Of a stretch of DNA of 43,887 nucleotides, positions 17,550 to 26,347 are shown piece by piece. The position numbers and the translations under genes are program-made. The notes under the pieces are model-generated. The model was not told the DNA's origin and did no database searches. It saw nothing but the letters and a program-made list of their open reading frames with translations. Each line of letters opens with the position of its first letter. Position 1 is the stretch's first letter. This DNA comes from Acholeplasmataceae bacterium (GTDB taxonomy: Bacteria; Bacillota_I; Bacilli_A; Acholeplasmatales; Acholeplasmataceae), in the NCBI GenBank assembly GCA_964230965.1, contig CAXRJA010000073.1, positions 1 through 43,887 on the forward strand, given 5' to 3'.

Positions 17550-17783
17550 ATGAAAAAACTTGCGATTAAAAGTATTCGATGGTATCAAAAAAATATTTCG
17601 CCACACTCAAATCATAAGTGTCGGCACACACCAACATGTTCAAATTATGCCTTAACATGCTACGAACGCTTTAATTTTTTCAAAGCATCATTTTTAACTT
17701 CAAAACGTATTCTTACTTGTAACCCACTTTTTAAACCCAAGTATGATCCTGTGCCAGAAAAGAAAAAGATATCAAAAAAATGA
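17550..17783 (+). CDS. yidD: Membrane protein insertion efficiency factor YidD
   Basis: 77 aa. IRWYQKNISP..CRHTPTCSNYA..RILTCNPL matches the YidD signature (YQ..S....CR..PTCS.Y). Confidence 0.85.
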   Translation: MKKLAIKSIRWYQKNISPHSNHKCRHTPTCSNYALTCYERFNFFKASFLTSKRILTCNPLFKPKYDPVPEKKKISKK

Positions 17784-17793
17784 TATCTTTTTT
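17766..17793 (+). terminator. Intrinsic terminator of yidD; the stop codon begins the 3' arm
   Basis: Stem AAGATATCA / TGATATCTT, A6 loop, T-run to 17793. The TGA stop is at 17781-17783. Confidence 0.8.
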
Positions 17794-17930
17794 ATTTGCC
17801 AATAATTTTTATAATGCACATGTATTATTTTTAAAGAACAGTAGAAAGTTTATGAAAAATTGATGGGTGCATCAAAAAATCACTCTCAAGCATTCACAAG
17901 AGTTTATGAGAGGCAATAAAAGCAACAAAT

Positions 17931-17962
17931 AAAAAAACACGTCTTGAACATGTTTTTTTTAT
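17931..17962 (-). terminator. Intrinsic terminator of proS
   Basis: On the minus strand: A-run, AACATG, loop TTCAAGA, CGTGTT (one U-G pair), then T7. On the plus strand the same position is a C-A mismatch, so the hairpin is better in the proS orientation. Confidence 0.55.
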
Positions 17963-17965
17963 GTT

Positions 17966-19384
17966 TTAATATGCTCTTGCAAACAAAATGATTTGAGACG
18001 CTTTTTTTCCAGTCACAGGACATGTGTTCTCTAATTTAGATTGATCAAAAGGTATGACACGTGCTGTTGCTTGGGTATCGGTTTTGATAATTGCCTCTGC
18101 ATCTTCATGCACGGACATCGATACATATCCACCTAAAGCAATTTTTTCTTTAAACAATTCATAATCATTCACATGAAATGTATGAGATTCAACATAGGTC
18201 TGTGCTTTTTCATACATCTGTTGGTGGATGGTATTTAATAATTCAGGAATGATACCTACAACTTCATGTAGAGGTACTTGCAGTTTTTGACGATTATAAC
18301 GTGTCGCAAGTGTCACCTGTTTATTTTCTAAATCTCTTCTGCCTATTTCAATACGAACAGGAACACCTTTCATCTCATATTCACTAAATTTCCAACCTGG
18401 TGATTTATCAGATGTATCCATCATGACTCGGTAATGATCTTTCAAAGATTCATAAATGGATATTGCTTCTTTCATGACATCATCATCACTTGAAATCGGC
18501 ACAATCACAATCTGAATTGGTGCAACATAAGGTGGCATAACAAGTCCATCATCATCTCCATGTACCATGATAATCGCACCTAACAGTCGCGTAGATAAGC
18601 CCCAAGATGTTTGATAAACAAATTGTTCTTGATTATCTTGATCTCGATAAGATATGTCAAATGCTTTTGCAAATCCTTGTCCAAAATAATGTGTGGTACC
18701 AGACTGAAGTGCTTGACCGTCTGGCATGAGTGCTTCTATCGAATAGGTTGCTTCTGCACCAGCAAATTTTTCTTTTTCTGTTTTTTGACCCGTTATAAAT
18801 GGTATGGCAAGCATGTCTTTTCCAAGCGTTTCATATATTGAAAGCATATTCATTGTTTCTTCTTTTGCTTCTAGTTCCGATGCGTGAATGGTATGTCCTT
18901 CTTGCCACAAAAATTCTTTACCTCTTAAAAATGGACGGGTTGTTTTTTCCCAACGAACAACAGAACACCACTGATTATATTTTTTTGGTAAATCGCGATG
19001 AGACTGAACTACTGATTTAAAATGGGTACAAAATAGCACCTCTGAAGTCGGTCTAATAATCAATCTTTCATTTAAATCTTCTTTACCAGTTGTTGTTACC
19101 ATTGCAGTTTCAGGAGCAAATCCTTCCACATGGTCTTTTTCTTTTTGAAATAAAGATTCTGGAATCAATAACGGCAAATAGACATTGTCGTGTCCTGTTT
19201 GTTTAAATTGTGTGTTTAAATATTGCTGGATATTTTCCCAAATAGCATATCCATAAGGACGATAAATAATAAATCCTTTGACATCGCTATAACTCATCAA
19301 TTCTGCTTTGACACATACATCCGTGTACCATTGCGCAAAGTTTTCAGTTTGTGAGGTAATGGTTGATACAAATTTTTTTGCCAT
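17966..19384 (-). CDS. proS: Proline--tRNA ligase, archaeal/eukaryote-like short form without INS editing domain
   Basis: 472 aa. N-terminus F..WY......L..Y..VKG..IYRPYGYAIWE, class II core, C-terminal domain ending in the characteristic terminal Tyr (..FARAY). Confidence 0.9.
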   Translation of the reverse strand: MAKKFVSTITSQTENFAQWYTDVCVKAELMSYSDVKGFIIYRPYGYAIWENIQQYLNTQFKQTGHDNVYLPLLIPESLFQKEKDHVEGFAPETAMVTTTGKEDLNERLIIRPTSEVLFCTHFKSVVQSHRDLPKKYNQWCSVVRWEKTTRPFLRGKEFLWQEGHTIHASELEAKEETMNMLSIYETLGKDMLAIPFITGQKTEKEKFAGAEATYSIEALMPDGQALQSGTTHYFGQGFAKAFDISYRDQDNQEQFVYQTSWGLSTRLLGAIIMVHGDDDGLVMPPYVAPIQIVIVPISSDDDVMKEAISIYESLKDHYRVMMDTSDKSPGWKFSEYEMKGVPVRIEIGRRDLENKQVTLATRYNRQKLQVPLHEVVGIIPELLNTIHQQMYEKAQTYVESHTFHVNDYELFKEKIALGGYVSMSVHEDAEAIIKTDTQATARVIPFDQSKLENTCPVTGKKASQIILFARAY

Positions 19385-19387
19385 ACG

Positions 19388-20212
19388 TCATTCCTTTATT
19401 AATACTGTTTGTCCATCAACAAACGTAATTTTTCTTGTTTTATATAAGTAGCCTAAGGCTCTTTTGAAAGCTTTTCGACTCATTTGAAATGTCTTTTCAA
19501 TCGATTCAGAAGCACTTGATGCATCAAGTGGCATCTTTTTATGTAATTCTAAATATGATAATATCACATCTGCATCGGATAAACGTTTTGTTTCTTTAGA
19601 TTGAAGTAATGTTCCTGTGTATCCCTTACTTGACTCATGAATCACCTTTAAAGAGCGTTTTGTTCCAATCGATAGTCTTTTGTCATATTGGGATTCATGA
19701 ATAAATACCGGTGTAAGTTGATCGGTGATAAACCGTATGCCCTCTTTATGAAATCCATTAACAAATCCATCATAATAAGATAGAAGTTCAAGAGATTGAT
19801 ATGGTGGATTCGGTATTGCAAGTTCTAAATATAATCTATTTTTAACTTTTAATTCAACAAATAATGTATCATCTTTTTTAGGCCAAAATGCTTTATCCAA
19901 AGGTAAATGATCTTTCGATAACAAAATATGTTTATTGATGCCATTGTCTAAAAATACGCCTAGATTTTCTTCCACAGACATCACTTTGAGTAATCCTTTA
20001 TCCCCAACAGTTAATATCGGTGTATCCATTGTTGCTGCAATGCGTTTATATGCATCCATATATAAAAAGACATCAATACTTTGACCAATTTCTAGTGATA
20101 CTGCTTCTTTAGCGTGTAGAAATACCTCTTCTTCATCGCATATGATTGCATAGCCGATATCAGTTTTTCTATCCACGATACATGAATACATAAATCCTTG
20201 TGTTAATGCCAT
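19388..20212 (-). CDS. cvfB: S1-domain RNA-binding protein CvfB/YitL family
   Basis: 274 aa. Repeated S1-like segments and a C-terminal winged-helix tail SRKAFKRALGYLYKTRKI typical of CvfB. Only 3 nt separate it from proS. Confidence 0.7.
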   Translation of the reverse strand: MALTQGFMYSCIVDRKTDIGYAIICDEEEVFLHAKEAVSLEIGQSIDVFLYMDAYKRIAATMDTPILTVGDKGLLKVMSVEENLGVFLDNGINKHILLSKDHLPLDKAFWPKKDDTLFVELKVKNRLYLELAIPNPPYQSLELLSYYDGFVNGFHKEGIRFITDQLTPVFIHESQYDKRLSIGTKRSLKVIHESSKGYTGTLLQSKETKRLSDADVILSYLELHKKMPLDASSASESIEKTFQMSRKAFKRALGYLYKTRKITFVDGQTVLIKE

Positions 20213-20244
20213 AGTTTCTCCTTAATTATTGTATCATGAAAGAT

Positions 20245-20273
20245 AAAAAAATGAGGAATATCCTCACTTTTTT
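20245..20273 (-). terminator. Intrinsic terminator downstream of the Fic gene
   Basis: On the minus strand: TGAGGA, TAT, TCCTCA, followed by T7. Confidence 0.65.
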
Positions 20274-20277
20274 ATCT

Positions 20278-21015
20278 TTATTTAGAGATTTCTAATGCAT
20301 TAATCACATCTTCATATCTTTCGATAACGAGCTTTTCAATAAATGCTTTAAGCGGTTTAATGTTTTTATCAATTTTAAATATTTCTAACTGTTGAATATA
20401 GGTTTCTTTTAACTTTATAGGTATAGAAATTGGTAAATCATTATTTTTTATCAAATAATAATTGAGTACCAGTCTTGCAAGTCTTCCATTACCATCTAAA
20501 AATGGATGTATTTTTGCAAGCGTTGCATGGAAATATACTGCTTCGTCTAAAGGTGTTTCAAATGCTATAGTTTCTAATGAAGAAAATAATTTATGCATAC
20601 GATCATAGACTTTCGCATGATCTGTGGGTTGGTGTGTAGAACCCATCATTTGGATGTTGACGTTTCGATAAACGCCACCTTGGAAAATGCCATCCACAAC
20701 AATTTCATGTAAATCTTTTAACTTATCTTCAGTCATTGCTTCTTTATGTTTGACCATCGACAAAATTTTTTCAAATGCTAACACATGATTTAAGACTTCT
20801 TTTTGTTCTCTTTCAGAGTACTCAAGTAGTGTCTTTCGTTGTATGAGTGTTTTCACATCTTCATAAGGAATTCTATTTTGACCTTCTAAGCTAATGGCAT
20901 CATACGTATAGACAACTTTAAACGCCTCCATAATATCCTCTAATGCTTCTTGATCTACTTCTTTCAAGATATTTTGAAGGTGGTTTCTCTGTACTTCTAA
21001 AATGTCTTTCTCCAT
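20278..21015 (-). CDS. Fic family protein (AMPylase-type active site)
   Basis: 245 aa from ATG 21015 (RBS GGGAGA). Canonical Fic motif HPFLDGNGRLAR. N-terminal AISLEGQ sits where class II Fic proteins carry the inhibitory (S/T)xxxE(G/N) helix. Confidence 0.85.
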   Translation of the reverse strand: MEKDILEVQRNHLQNILKEVDQEALEDIMEAFKVVYTYDAISLEGQNRIPYEDVKTLIQRKTLLEYSEREQKEVLNHVLAFEKILSMVKHKEAMTEDKLKDLHEIVVDGIFQGGVYRNVNIQMMGSTHQPTDHAKVYDRMHKLFSSLETIAFETPLDEAVYFHATLAKIHPFLDGNGRLARLVLNYYLIKNNDLPISIPIKLKETYIQQLEIFKIDKNIKPLKAFIEKLVIERYEDVINALEISK

Positions 21016-21040
21016 ATTCAATTTCTCCCGCTTTTTTTTT

Positions 21041-21069
21041 ATTATAACAATTAATGATAGCGATTTCAA
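21041..21069 (-). promoter_or_regulatory. Strong sigma-A promoter of the Fic gene
   Basis: On the minus strand: TTGAAA (21069-21064), 17-nt spacer, TATAAT (21046-21041) with an upstream TGT giving TGTTATAAT. The track's longer ORF start falls inside this promoter. Confidence 0.55.
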
Positions 21070-21075
21070 GGTTAT

Positions 21076-21107
21076 ATAAAAAAAGAAGAGGGATACATAT
21101 GTATCCC
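21076..21107 (-). terminator. Intrinsic terminator of the cold-shock gene
   Basis: Perfect 18-nt palindrome GGGATACAT|ATGTATCCC (21090-21107), followed on the minus strand by TCTTCTTTTTTTT. Confidence 0.8.
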
Positions 21108-21125
21108 CTTAAAACCTATTGAATA

Positions 21126-21323
21126 TTATAGTTTAGTAACATTCGCAGCTTGTGGGCCACGATCGCCATCATTAACATCAAATTCTACTTGGTCACCTTC
21201 TTGAAGTGATTTGTAACCTTCAACTTGAATTGCTGAAAAGTGTACAAAAATGTCTTTGCCTTCTTCTGAAGAGATAAATCCGTATCCCTTGTCAGAGTCA
21301 AACCATTTGACTGTGCCTTTCAT
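21126..21323 (-). CDS. Cold shock protein (CspA family)
   Basis: 65 aa. [15 protein letters not shown] (RNP-1) and DIFVHFS (RNP-2). Confidence 0.9.
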   Translation of the reverse strand: MKGTVKWFDSDKGYGFISSEEGKDIFVHFSAIQVEGYKSLQEGDQVEFDVNDGDRGPQAANVTKL

Positions 21324-21408
21324 CTAAATCTCCTTAATTTTTTCATGTGCTTTACACACACGAGTCATTATACATGAAAGTGATGAATAATACAATGTTT
21401 TTATTTTT

Positions 21409-23184
21409 TTATTCAAATTGGCTGTTAAATATCGATGCATAAAATCCCTTATTTTCAAGTAGTGTTTCATGATTTCCTAGTTCAATCATTTTACCAAAAT
21501 GAATGACCATGATGAGATCTGCATCTTGAATCGTAGATAGTCTGTGTGCAATCACAAACGTTGTTTTACCTTTCATCAATGCTTTCATACTTTGATGAAT
21601 TTTCATTTCAGTTTCTGTATCAACATTTGAAGTTGCCTCATCAAATATTAACATTTTTGATTTTGAAAGCATTGCACGCGCGATTACAATGAGTTGTTTT
21701 TGACCTTTCGATATACTTGTACCATCATGTTTAATGATGGTATCATATCCTTCTTCTAATGACTCTATAAATTCATGGATCTGAGCTGCTTTGGCAACTC
21801 TGATGACATCTTCTCTGGATACATGTTTGTTTCCATAGGCAATGTTATCGTGAAAAGACCCATAAAATACCCATGAATCTTGTAAAATCATTGAGAATGC
21901 TTTTCGTAAACTATCTCTTTTAAAAGATAAAACCGGTTTGCCATCGACAACAATACCACCATGTTGTGGGTCATAGAAACGCATGAGAAGATTGACAAGT
22001 GTCGTTTTTCCTGAACCCGTAGGACCAACAATCGCAACCACTTTCCCTTCTGGCGCCTCTACATTAATATTTTCTAAAACTGTTGTCTGTCCATCGTATG
22101 AAAATGCAACATCATTTAAGTGTATTTCTCCACCTTTTGCATCATAAACTGTGGCATCTTCTGTATCTTTAACTTCTTCTTCACTATCTAAAACTTGAAA
22201 AACTCTTTCTGCTGCAGCGAGTGCACTTTGAATTTCTGCAAACAATCCTGATAATTGATTGATCGGCCCTGAAAAACGTCTTGAGTATAATGTAAAGCTT
22301 GTGAGGATCGCAAGTGACATCATATTTCTAATGTATAAAATACCTCCGAAAACACCAACGAGTGCCATCGATAAATTCGAAATAAATCCGACACTTGGCA
22401 TGACAGCTGTTGAATAGTACCCTGCTTGATAGGAGGCATCTCTTGTCTCAGCATTAATGACATCAAAATCCTCTTTGACATCATCTTCAATCACATACGC
22501 TTGAATGGTTTGAAGGCCTGTGATCATTTCTTCTGAGAATCCATTTAATTCTCCAAGCTTTTTATTTCTAATTCTAAATTTTTGTTTGACGACTTTTGAA
22601 AGAACCGTTGTTAATACAATTGTTAAAGGGATTGTGAATGCAAAGATTAATACTAATAATGGCGCAGTAAGTATCATGACTGTTAGGGATACGATGATGG
22701 TTAAAAATGACGTAAATAAAACAATGACATCACTAGCAAGTGACTGATTAATCGTATCAATATCATACGTCATACGTGAGATGATATCTCCTGTTTGGTT
22801 ATTATCAAAATATTTAATTGGTAATCGATTTAACTTATTAAAAACATCTTGTCGCATTTCAAAGACAACGGCTTTAGAAATACGAATCATCATGACAGAT
22901 ATCATATACATTAAGAGCGCACTCAATACATAAAAGATGATCATTAAACTTCCATATAAAAACACACTTGCAAAATCAACACCATTTTCCATTGCACCGA
23001 TGGTCTGACCCGTCAAATAAGGACCGATAAGAGAAAATGCATTCGATAATATTGTAAATATCAACGCAACAACAAGTCTAAATTTATAGCGCATTAAATA
23101 ATTCCACAATCGTTTATAAACATACGCTTTATTTGTTACTTTATGTTTGTTTGTTTCTTTTGGAGGATTGAACTGCATCATCAT
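21409..23184 (-). CDS. ABC exporter half-transporter (TMD-NBD), subunit with canonical NBD but degenerate signature
   Basis: 591 aa. Six TM helices then the NBD: Walker A GPTGSGKTT, signature ISKGQKQL (non-canonical), Walker B MLIFDEATS, H-loop AHRLST. ATG overlaps the stop of the upstream partner (23181-23184). Confidence 0.9.
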   Translation of the reverse strand: MMMQFNPPKETNKHKVTNKAYVYKRLWNYLMRYKFRLVVALIFTILSNAFSLIGPYLTGQTIGAMENGVDFASVFLYGSLMIIFYVLSALLMYMISVMMIRISKAVVFEMRQDVFNKLNRLPIKYFDNNQTGDIISRMTYDIDTINQSLASDVIVLFTSFLTIIVSLTVMILTAPLLVLIFAFTIPLTIVLTTVLSKVVKQKFRIRNKKLGELNGFSEEMITGLQTIQAYVIEDDVKEDFDVINAETRDASYQAGYYSTAVMPSVGFISNLSMALVGVFGGILYIRNMMSLAILTSFTLYSRRFSGPINQLSGLFAEIQSALAAAERVFQVLDSEEEVKDTEDATVYDAKGGEIHLNDVAFSYDGQTTVLENINVEAPEGKVVAIVGPTGSGKTTLVNLLMRFYDPQHGGIVVDGKPVLSFKRDSLRKAFSMILQDSWVFYGSFHDNIAYGNKHVSREDVIRVAKAAQIHEFIESLEEGYDTIIKHDGTSISKGQKQLIVIARAMLSKSKMLIFDEATSNVDTETEMKIHQSMKALMKGKTTFVIAHRLSTIQDADLIMVIHFGKMIELGNHETLLENKGFYASIFNSQFE

Positions 23185-24902
23185 AAGACGGTACCTCCTA
23201 ATTGATGTTTCACAATAAGTTGATACCCCGGATTGTTTTTTAGTAGTGTTGCATGATCGCCAATATCGATCACTTTACCATGATCTAAATAAATGATGAG
23301 ATCACAATGTTTAATTGAAGCAATACGTTGTGCGATGATGATCATCGTCGTATCTTGATAGTTTTCTTGTAATGCATGTCGTAACTGTTGATCTGTTTGA
23401 TAATCTAGTGCACTCGTTGCATCATCTAATATTAAAATGTCTGGTTTTTTATAAAGCGCTCTAGAAATAAGTATACGTTGTTTTTGACCACCCGAAATAT
23501 TCGTGCCTGACGTTGTAAGTTCTGTATGAATCCCATCTTCTTTATCAAAAACAAAGGATGCTTGTGCATCTTTTAAAGCGTAATCTATTTCTTGATCTTC
23601 ATGATTTAAAGAAACATTAAATGCAATATCATCATGAAAAATCATATCTTGTTGCATGACGGCACCAATATGTTGACGAAGTGATTTCAGATCGTAATCC
23701 TTAATATCTTTCCCAAATATATGAATTGCACCTTGATCGACATCGTATAATCTTAATAATAATTTTGCAATGGTAGATTTCCCGCTTCCAGTTGCACCGA
23801 TAATGCCAAATTTCTGACCTTTAAAAAGTTTAAATGAAACATCTTTTAATTGATTGGTCTTTTTTAGATATGAAAACGTGACATGATTAAATTCGATGTG
23901 AGGGACATTTTCTTTCGTTTCATACAAGGATGTTCCGTTATCAATATCAATGTCAGTATGCAATACTTCTTCCACACGTTCACTTGATGCAGCTGCTCTT
24001 GAAGATAAAACAAAAATACGTGTAATCCCCATCATCGCATTTAAAATAATCGTGAAGTAGGTGACAAAAGCCATGATTGCACCGATTTGTGTAAATCCTA
24101 CTGATAACCTGTAAGCACCAATAATTAGCACAATCACAAGTCCAATATTCATGACAATATTCATCATTGGATTAACACGTGCCATCACTTTATTTGCATA
24201 TTGTTCTGATTCATTCGATGTTTGGTTGATGTTTCTAAATTGATCCATTTCATAATCATTCATTGAGAGTGCACGAACCACTCGCGCACCGGTAATAAAC
24301 TCTCTTAATTTTCGAATGAGTTGATCCATTAAAAATTGATTCTTTTTATACAGTGGAATCCCTTTTTTCGATGCTTGAAAAATAATGATTGATACAAATG
24401 GTAACATCGCAATCATGACAAATGTCAATATAGCATCAAAGGAAAAAGAGAGTAGTATACCACCGATAAGTAAGACTGGCGCACGAATCCCTAATCTTTG
24501 TATGATTGCAGCTGCTCTATATATATTGTATGTATCTGTTGTCATTCTTGAAATAAGTGATGGCTTTGAAAATGTATCAATATCTTGTGATGATAAATTT
24601 TCAATTGCTAAAAATAAATCGCTTCTTAAGGTCTCAACAGCACGAGATGCGATATATTCTGAACTCCTATTTGCAGTAACATTGAGTATCCAACCCAATA
24701 AGGCAATGAGTACCATGAGTCCACCATTCAAATAAATCGATAACAGTGAATCTCCTGGATTTAATGCAGGAATTTGGGTATCTATCATATACGCAATTAA
24801 AAAAGGAATCATGAGATCCGCGAGTGCAGCGACCGATTTTAGTAATAATGCAAACGATAGTCTAAGTTTATAAGGTTTTAGCATTTCAAAGATAAACGCC
24901 AT
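23181..24902 (-). CDS. ABC exporter half-transporter (TMD-NBD), subunit with degenerate NBD
   Basis: Walker A GATGSGKST, signature ISGGQKQR, Walker B ILILDDATS (catalytic Glu replaced by Asp), H-loop AQRIAS (His replaced by Gln). Start taken at ATG 24902 (MAFIFEML); the track start at 24911 is TTG. Confidence 0.9.
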   Translation of the reverse strand: MAFIFEMLKPYKLRLSFALLLKSVAALADLMIPFLIAYMIDTQIPALNPGDSLLSIYLNGGLMVLIALLGWILNVTANRSSEYIASRAVETLRSDLFLAIENLSSQDIDTFSKPSLISRMTTDTYNIYRAAAIIQRLGIRAPVLLIGGILLSFSFDAILTFVMIAMLPFVSIIIFQASKKGIPLYKKNQFLMDQLIRKLREFITGARVVRALSMNDYEMDQFRNINQTSNESEQYANKVMARVNPMMNIVMNIGLVIVLIIGAYRLSVGFTQIGAIMAFVTYFTIILNAMMGITRIFVLSSRAAASSERVEEVLHTDIDIDNGTSLYETKENVPHIEFNHVTFSYLKKTNQLKDVSFKLFKGQKFGIIGATGSGKSTIAKLLLRLYDVDQGAIHIFGKDIKDYDLKSLRQHIGAVMQQDMIFHDDIAFNVSLNHEDQEIDYALKDAQASFVFDKEDGIHTELTTSGTNISGGQKQRILISRALYKKPDILILDDATSALDYQTDQQLRHALQENYQDTTMIIIAQRIASIKHCDLIIYLDHGKVIDIGDHATLLKNNPGYQLIVKHQLGGTVL

Positions 24903-24904
24903 AG

Positions 24905-24933
24905 TTGTCAACTCTTCTTTATTGTGTTATTAT
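24905..24933 (+). promoter_or_regulatory. Putative promoter of tRNA-Thr
   Basis: TTGTCA (24905-24910), 17-nt spacer, TATTAT (24928-24933), 9 nt before the tRNA 5' end. Confidence 0.5.
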
Positions 24934-24942
24934 ATGTTCGCT

Positions 24943-25016
24943 GCCCCTATAGTTTAATGGCAAAACGCAGCAATGGTAATGCTGAAATACAAGTTCGATT
25001 CTCGTTGGGGGCACCA
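24943..25016 (+). tRNA. tRNA-Thr (anticodon GGU)
   Basis: Hand-folded cloverleaf. Acceptor GCCCCTA/TGGGGGC, D stem GTTT/AAAC, anticodon stem CAGCA/TGCTG with loop AT-GGT-AA, T arm with GTTCGATTC (one A-C mismatch), discriminator A, encoded CCA. Confidence 0.8.
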
Positions 25017-25036
25017 CTTTAGACATAGGTCTTTTT

Positions 25037-26137
25037 TTATATGTTACAGACAAATGGTGATTTATTACGTGTTGGATAAGACCAAAAAACCACTGTATCT
25101 TCGTTTTTTACATAGTTAAAGTATAACAAATCTTCTTCTTGTTGTTTGATAATATGCTTGATTTTAGAAGCATCTTTAGCAACCCAAGCATGATATGTCT
25201 CAAGAGATGCTTTTGCATCTTTTTTTATTAAAAGATCCATGCATTTCGTCCATAAGGTATCATTAGAAAATACATGTGCAACAAAAAGTGTCTCTAATAA
25301 AAAAGAGGGGTCTTTTTTTCTGTAAGCAATTTTATTGAGCGTCATGAATATTTCAGTCTGTATTTCTAGATTAGGTATCCATTGATGGTGTAATCCTTTT
25401 AAAATAATCGAAAGGATCATGTCATCTTTTTTTAATGCATAGGGTAATGCGCGCCATTTAGTGATGAATGCATCAAACATAAATGAAAGGTCGTCACTGA
25501 CATGACCTTGTATCAATATTTGTGTCATTAATTGAAGATCAAACAATATATCATTGGATTTAATTTTTGAATATGCTTTAAAATCACCATACATATGTTT
25601 ATGCTCAATAAAAAAAGTTGGAAAAATAACCCAAGTATAATACGTTGATAAAAATACGATGAAAATACTGAAATCTAGAGATAATGAAAAAATCAAAGAC
25701 ATCAAATAAAGAAACAAAGGCGACAATAATGTTATTAAAGGGGCAACAAATAAAGAACTTTGATATGCTTTTTTTAACTTATCATATTGTTTTTGATTTG
25801 TAACAGATATAGATTTGGGTATGACGATGCCACCCATGAATTTAAGTAACTTAATATCATAGACAAATTTAAATTTAGGATCAAATAAAATACCAAAGCC
25901 TAAAATAAAAATCGCTTTTATCGGAATTTTAAAAAACAAAAACATCAATAAATGAGTGCACTCATGTATTGTAATCATCACAATGAATACAATGAAAAAA
26001 GCAAATAGATACGTGATGATTGGCCCTTGATAAAATATGATGAAATCGAAAAAAATGAGTATATAATAACTCAAACTAAGGATCAAAAGCGGGAATATAA
26101 ATTGTTTTAATAAAGCAAATAACACTTTTTTATTCAT
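25037..26137 (-). CDS. Polytopic membrane protein with intramembrane HExxH; possible M50/site-2-protease-like metalloprotease with a C-terminal soluble domain
   Basis: 366 aa. HECTH lies within a TM helix and is followed by IKAIFILGFG, compared with HELGH..LLPFGG in SpoIVFB-type M50 proteins. At least 5 TM segments in the first ~190 aa, then a ~170-aa helical cytoplasmic part. The family call is tentative. Confidence 0.35.
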   Translation of the reverse strand: MNKKVLFALLKQFIFPLLILSLSYYILIFFDFIIFYQGPIITYLFAFFIVFIVMITIHECTHLLMFLFFKIPIKAIFILGFGILFDPKFKFVYDIKLLKFMGGIVIPKSISVTNQKQYDKLKKAYQSSLFVAPLITLLSPLFLYLMSLIFSLSLDFSIFIVFLSTYYTWVIFPTFFIEHKHMYGDFKAYSKIKSNDILFDLQLMTQILIQGHVSDDLSFMFDAFITKWRALPYALKKDDMILSIILKGLHHQWIPNLEIQTEIFMTLNKIAYRKKDPSFLLETLFVAHVFSNDTLWTKCMDLLIKKDAKASLETYHAWVAKDASKIKHIIKQQEEDLLYFNYVKNEDTVVFWSYPTRNKSPFVCNI

Positions 26138-26152
26138 CTAAAATTGACTCTC

Positions 26153-26181
26153 TTGACAAGGTTTCATTTATTTGTTAATAT
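26153..26181 (+). promoter_or_regulatory. Near-consensus sigma-A promoter of tRNA-Gly
   Basis: TTGACA (26153-26158), 17-nt spacer, TAATAT (26176-26181), 22 nt upstream of the tRNA. Confidence 0.65.
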
Positions 26182-26203
26182 ATACAAGCAAAAAGCAAAT
26201 ATT

Positions 26204-26278
26204 GTGGGCGTCGTATAATGGTTATTACACGTGCTTGCCAAGCATGAAATGGGGGTTCGATTCTCCTCGCCCGCTCCA
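26204..26278 (+). tRNA. tRNA-Gly (anticodon GCC)
   Basis: Acceptor GTGGGCG/CGCCCGC, anticodon stem CGTGC/GCATG with loop TT-GCC-AA, T arm GGGGG-TTCGATT-CTCCT, discriminator U as expected for Gly, encoded CCA. Confidence 0.85.
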
Positions 26279-26291
26279 AATAACAAATTCA

Positions 26292-26316
26292 ACTCATATT
26301 AAGTGTGAGTTTTTTT
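26292..26316 (+). terminator. Intrinsic terminator of tRNA-Gly
   Basis: Stem ACTCATA / TGTGAGT (one U-G pair), loop TTAAG, T6. Confidence 0.6.
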
Positions 26317-26319
26317 ATT

Positions 26320-26347
26320 AAAATAACGTGTATTCACACGTTATTTT
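26320..26347. terminator. 12-bp hairpin at the 3' end of the DUF402 gene (probable terminator)
   Basis: AAAATAACGTGT, ATTC, ACACGTTATTTT. The stop codon of the minus-strand gene (26341-26343) lies in the 3' arm. The U-tract is part of the A/U-rich stem ends. Confidence 0.5.

Noticed and set aside
18611-19020. ORFs 18611..18841(+) and 18799..19020(+) antisense to proS.
   Set aside because: They sit inside proS, have no RBS, and give implausible Cys/Phe-rich translations.
22520-24735. Antisense ORFs 22520..22747(+) and 24385..24735(+, 116 aa) within the ABC exporter genes.
   Set aside because: Both lie wholly inside the TM-domain coding regions. Long antisense frames are expected opposite hydrophobic, codon-biased genes. 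There are no start signals.
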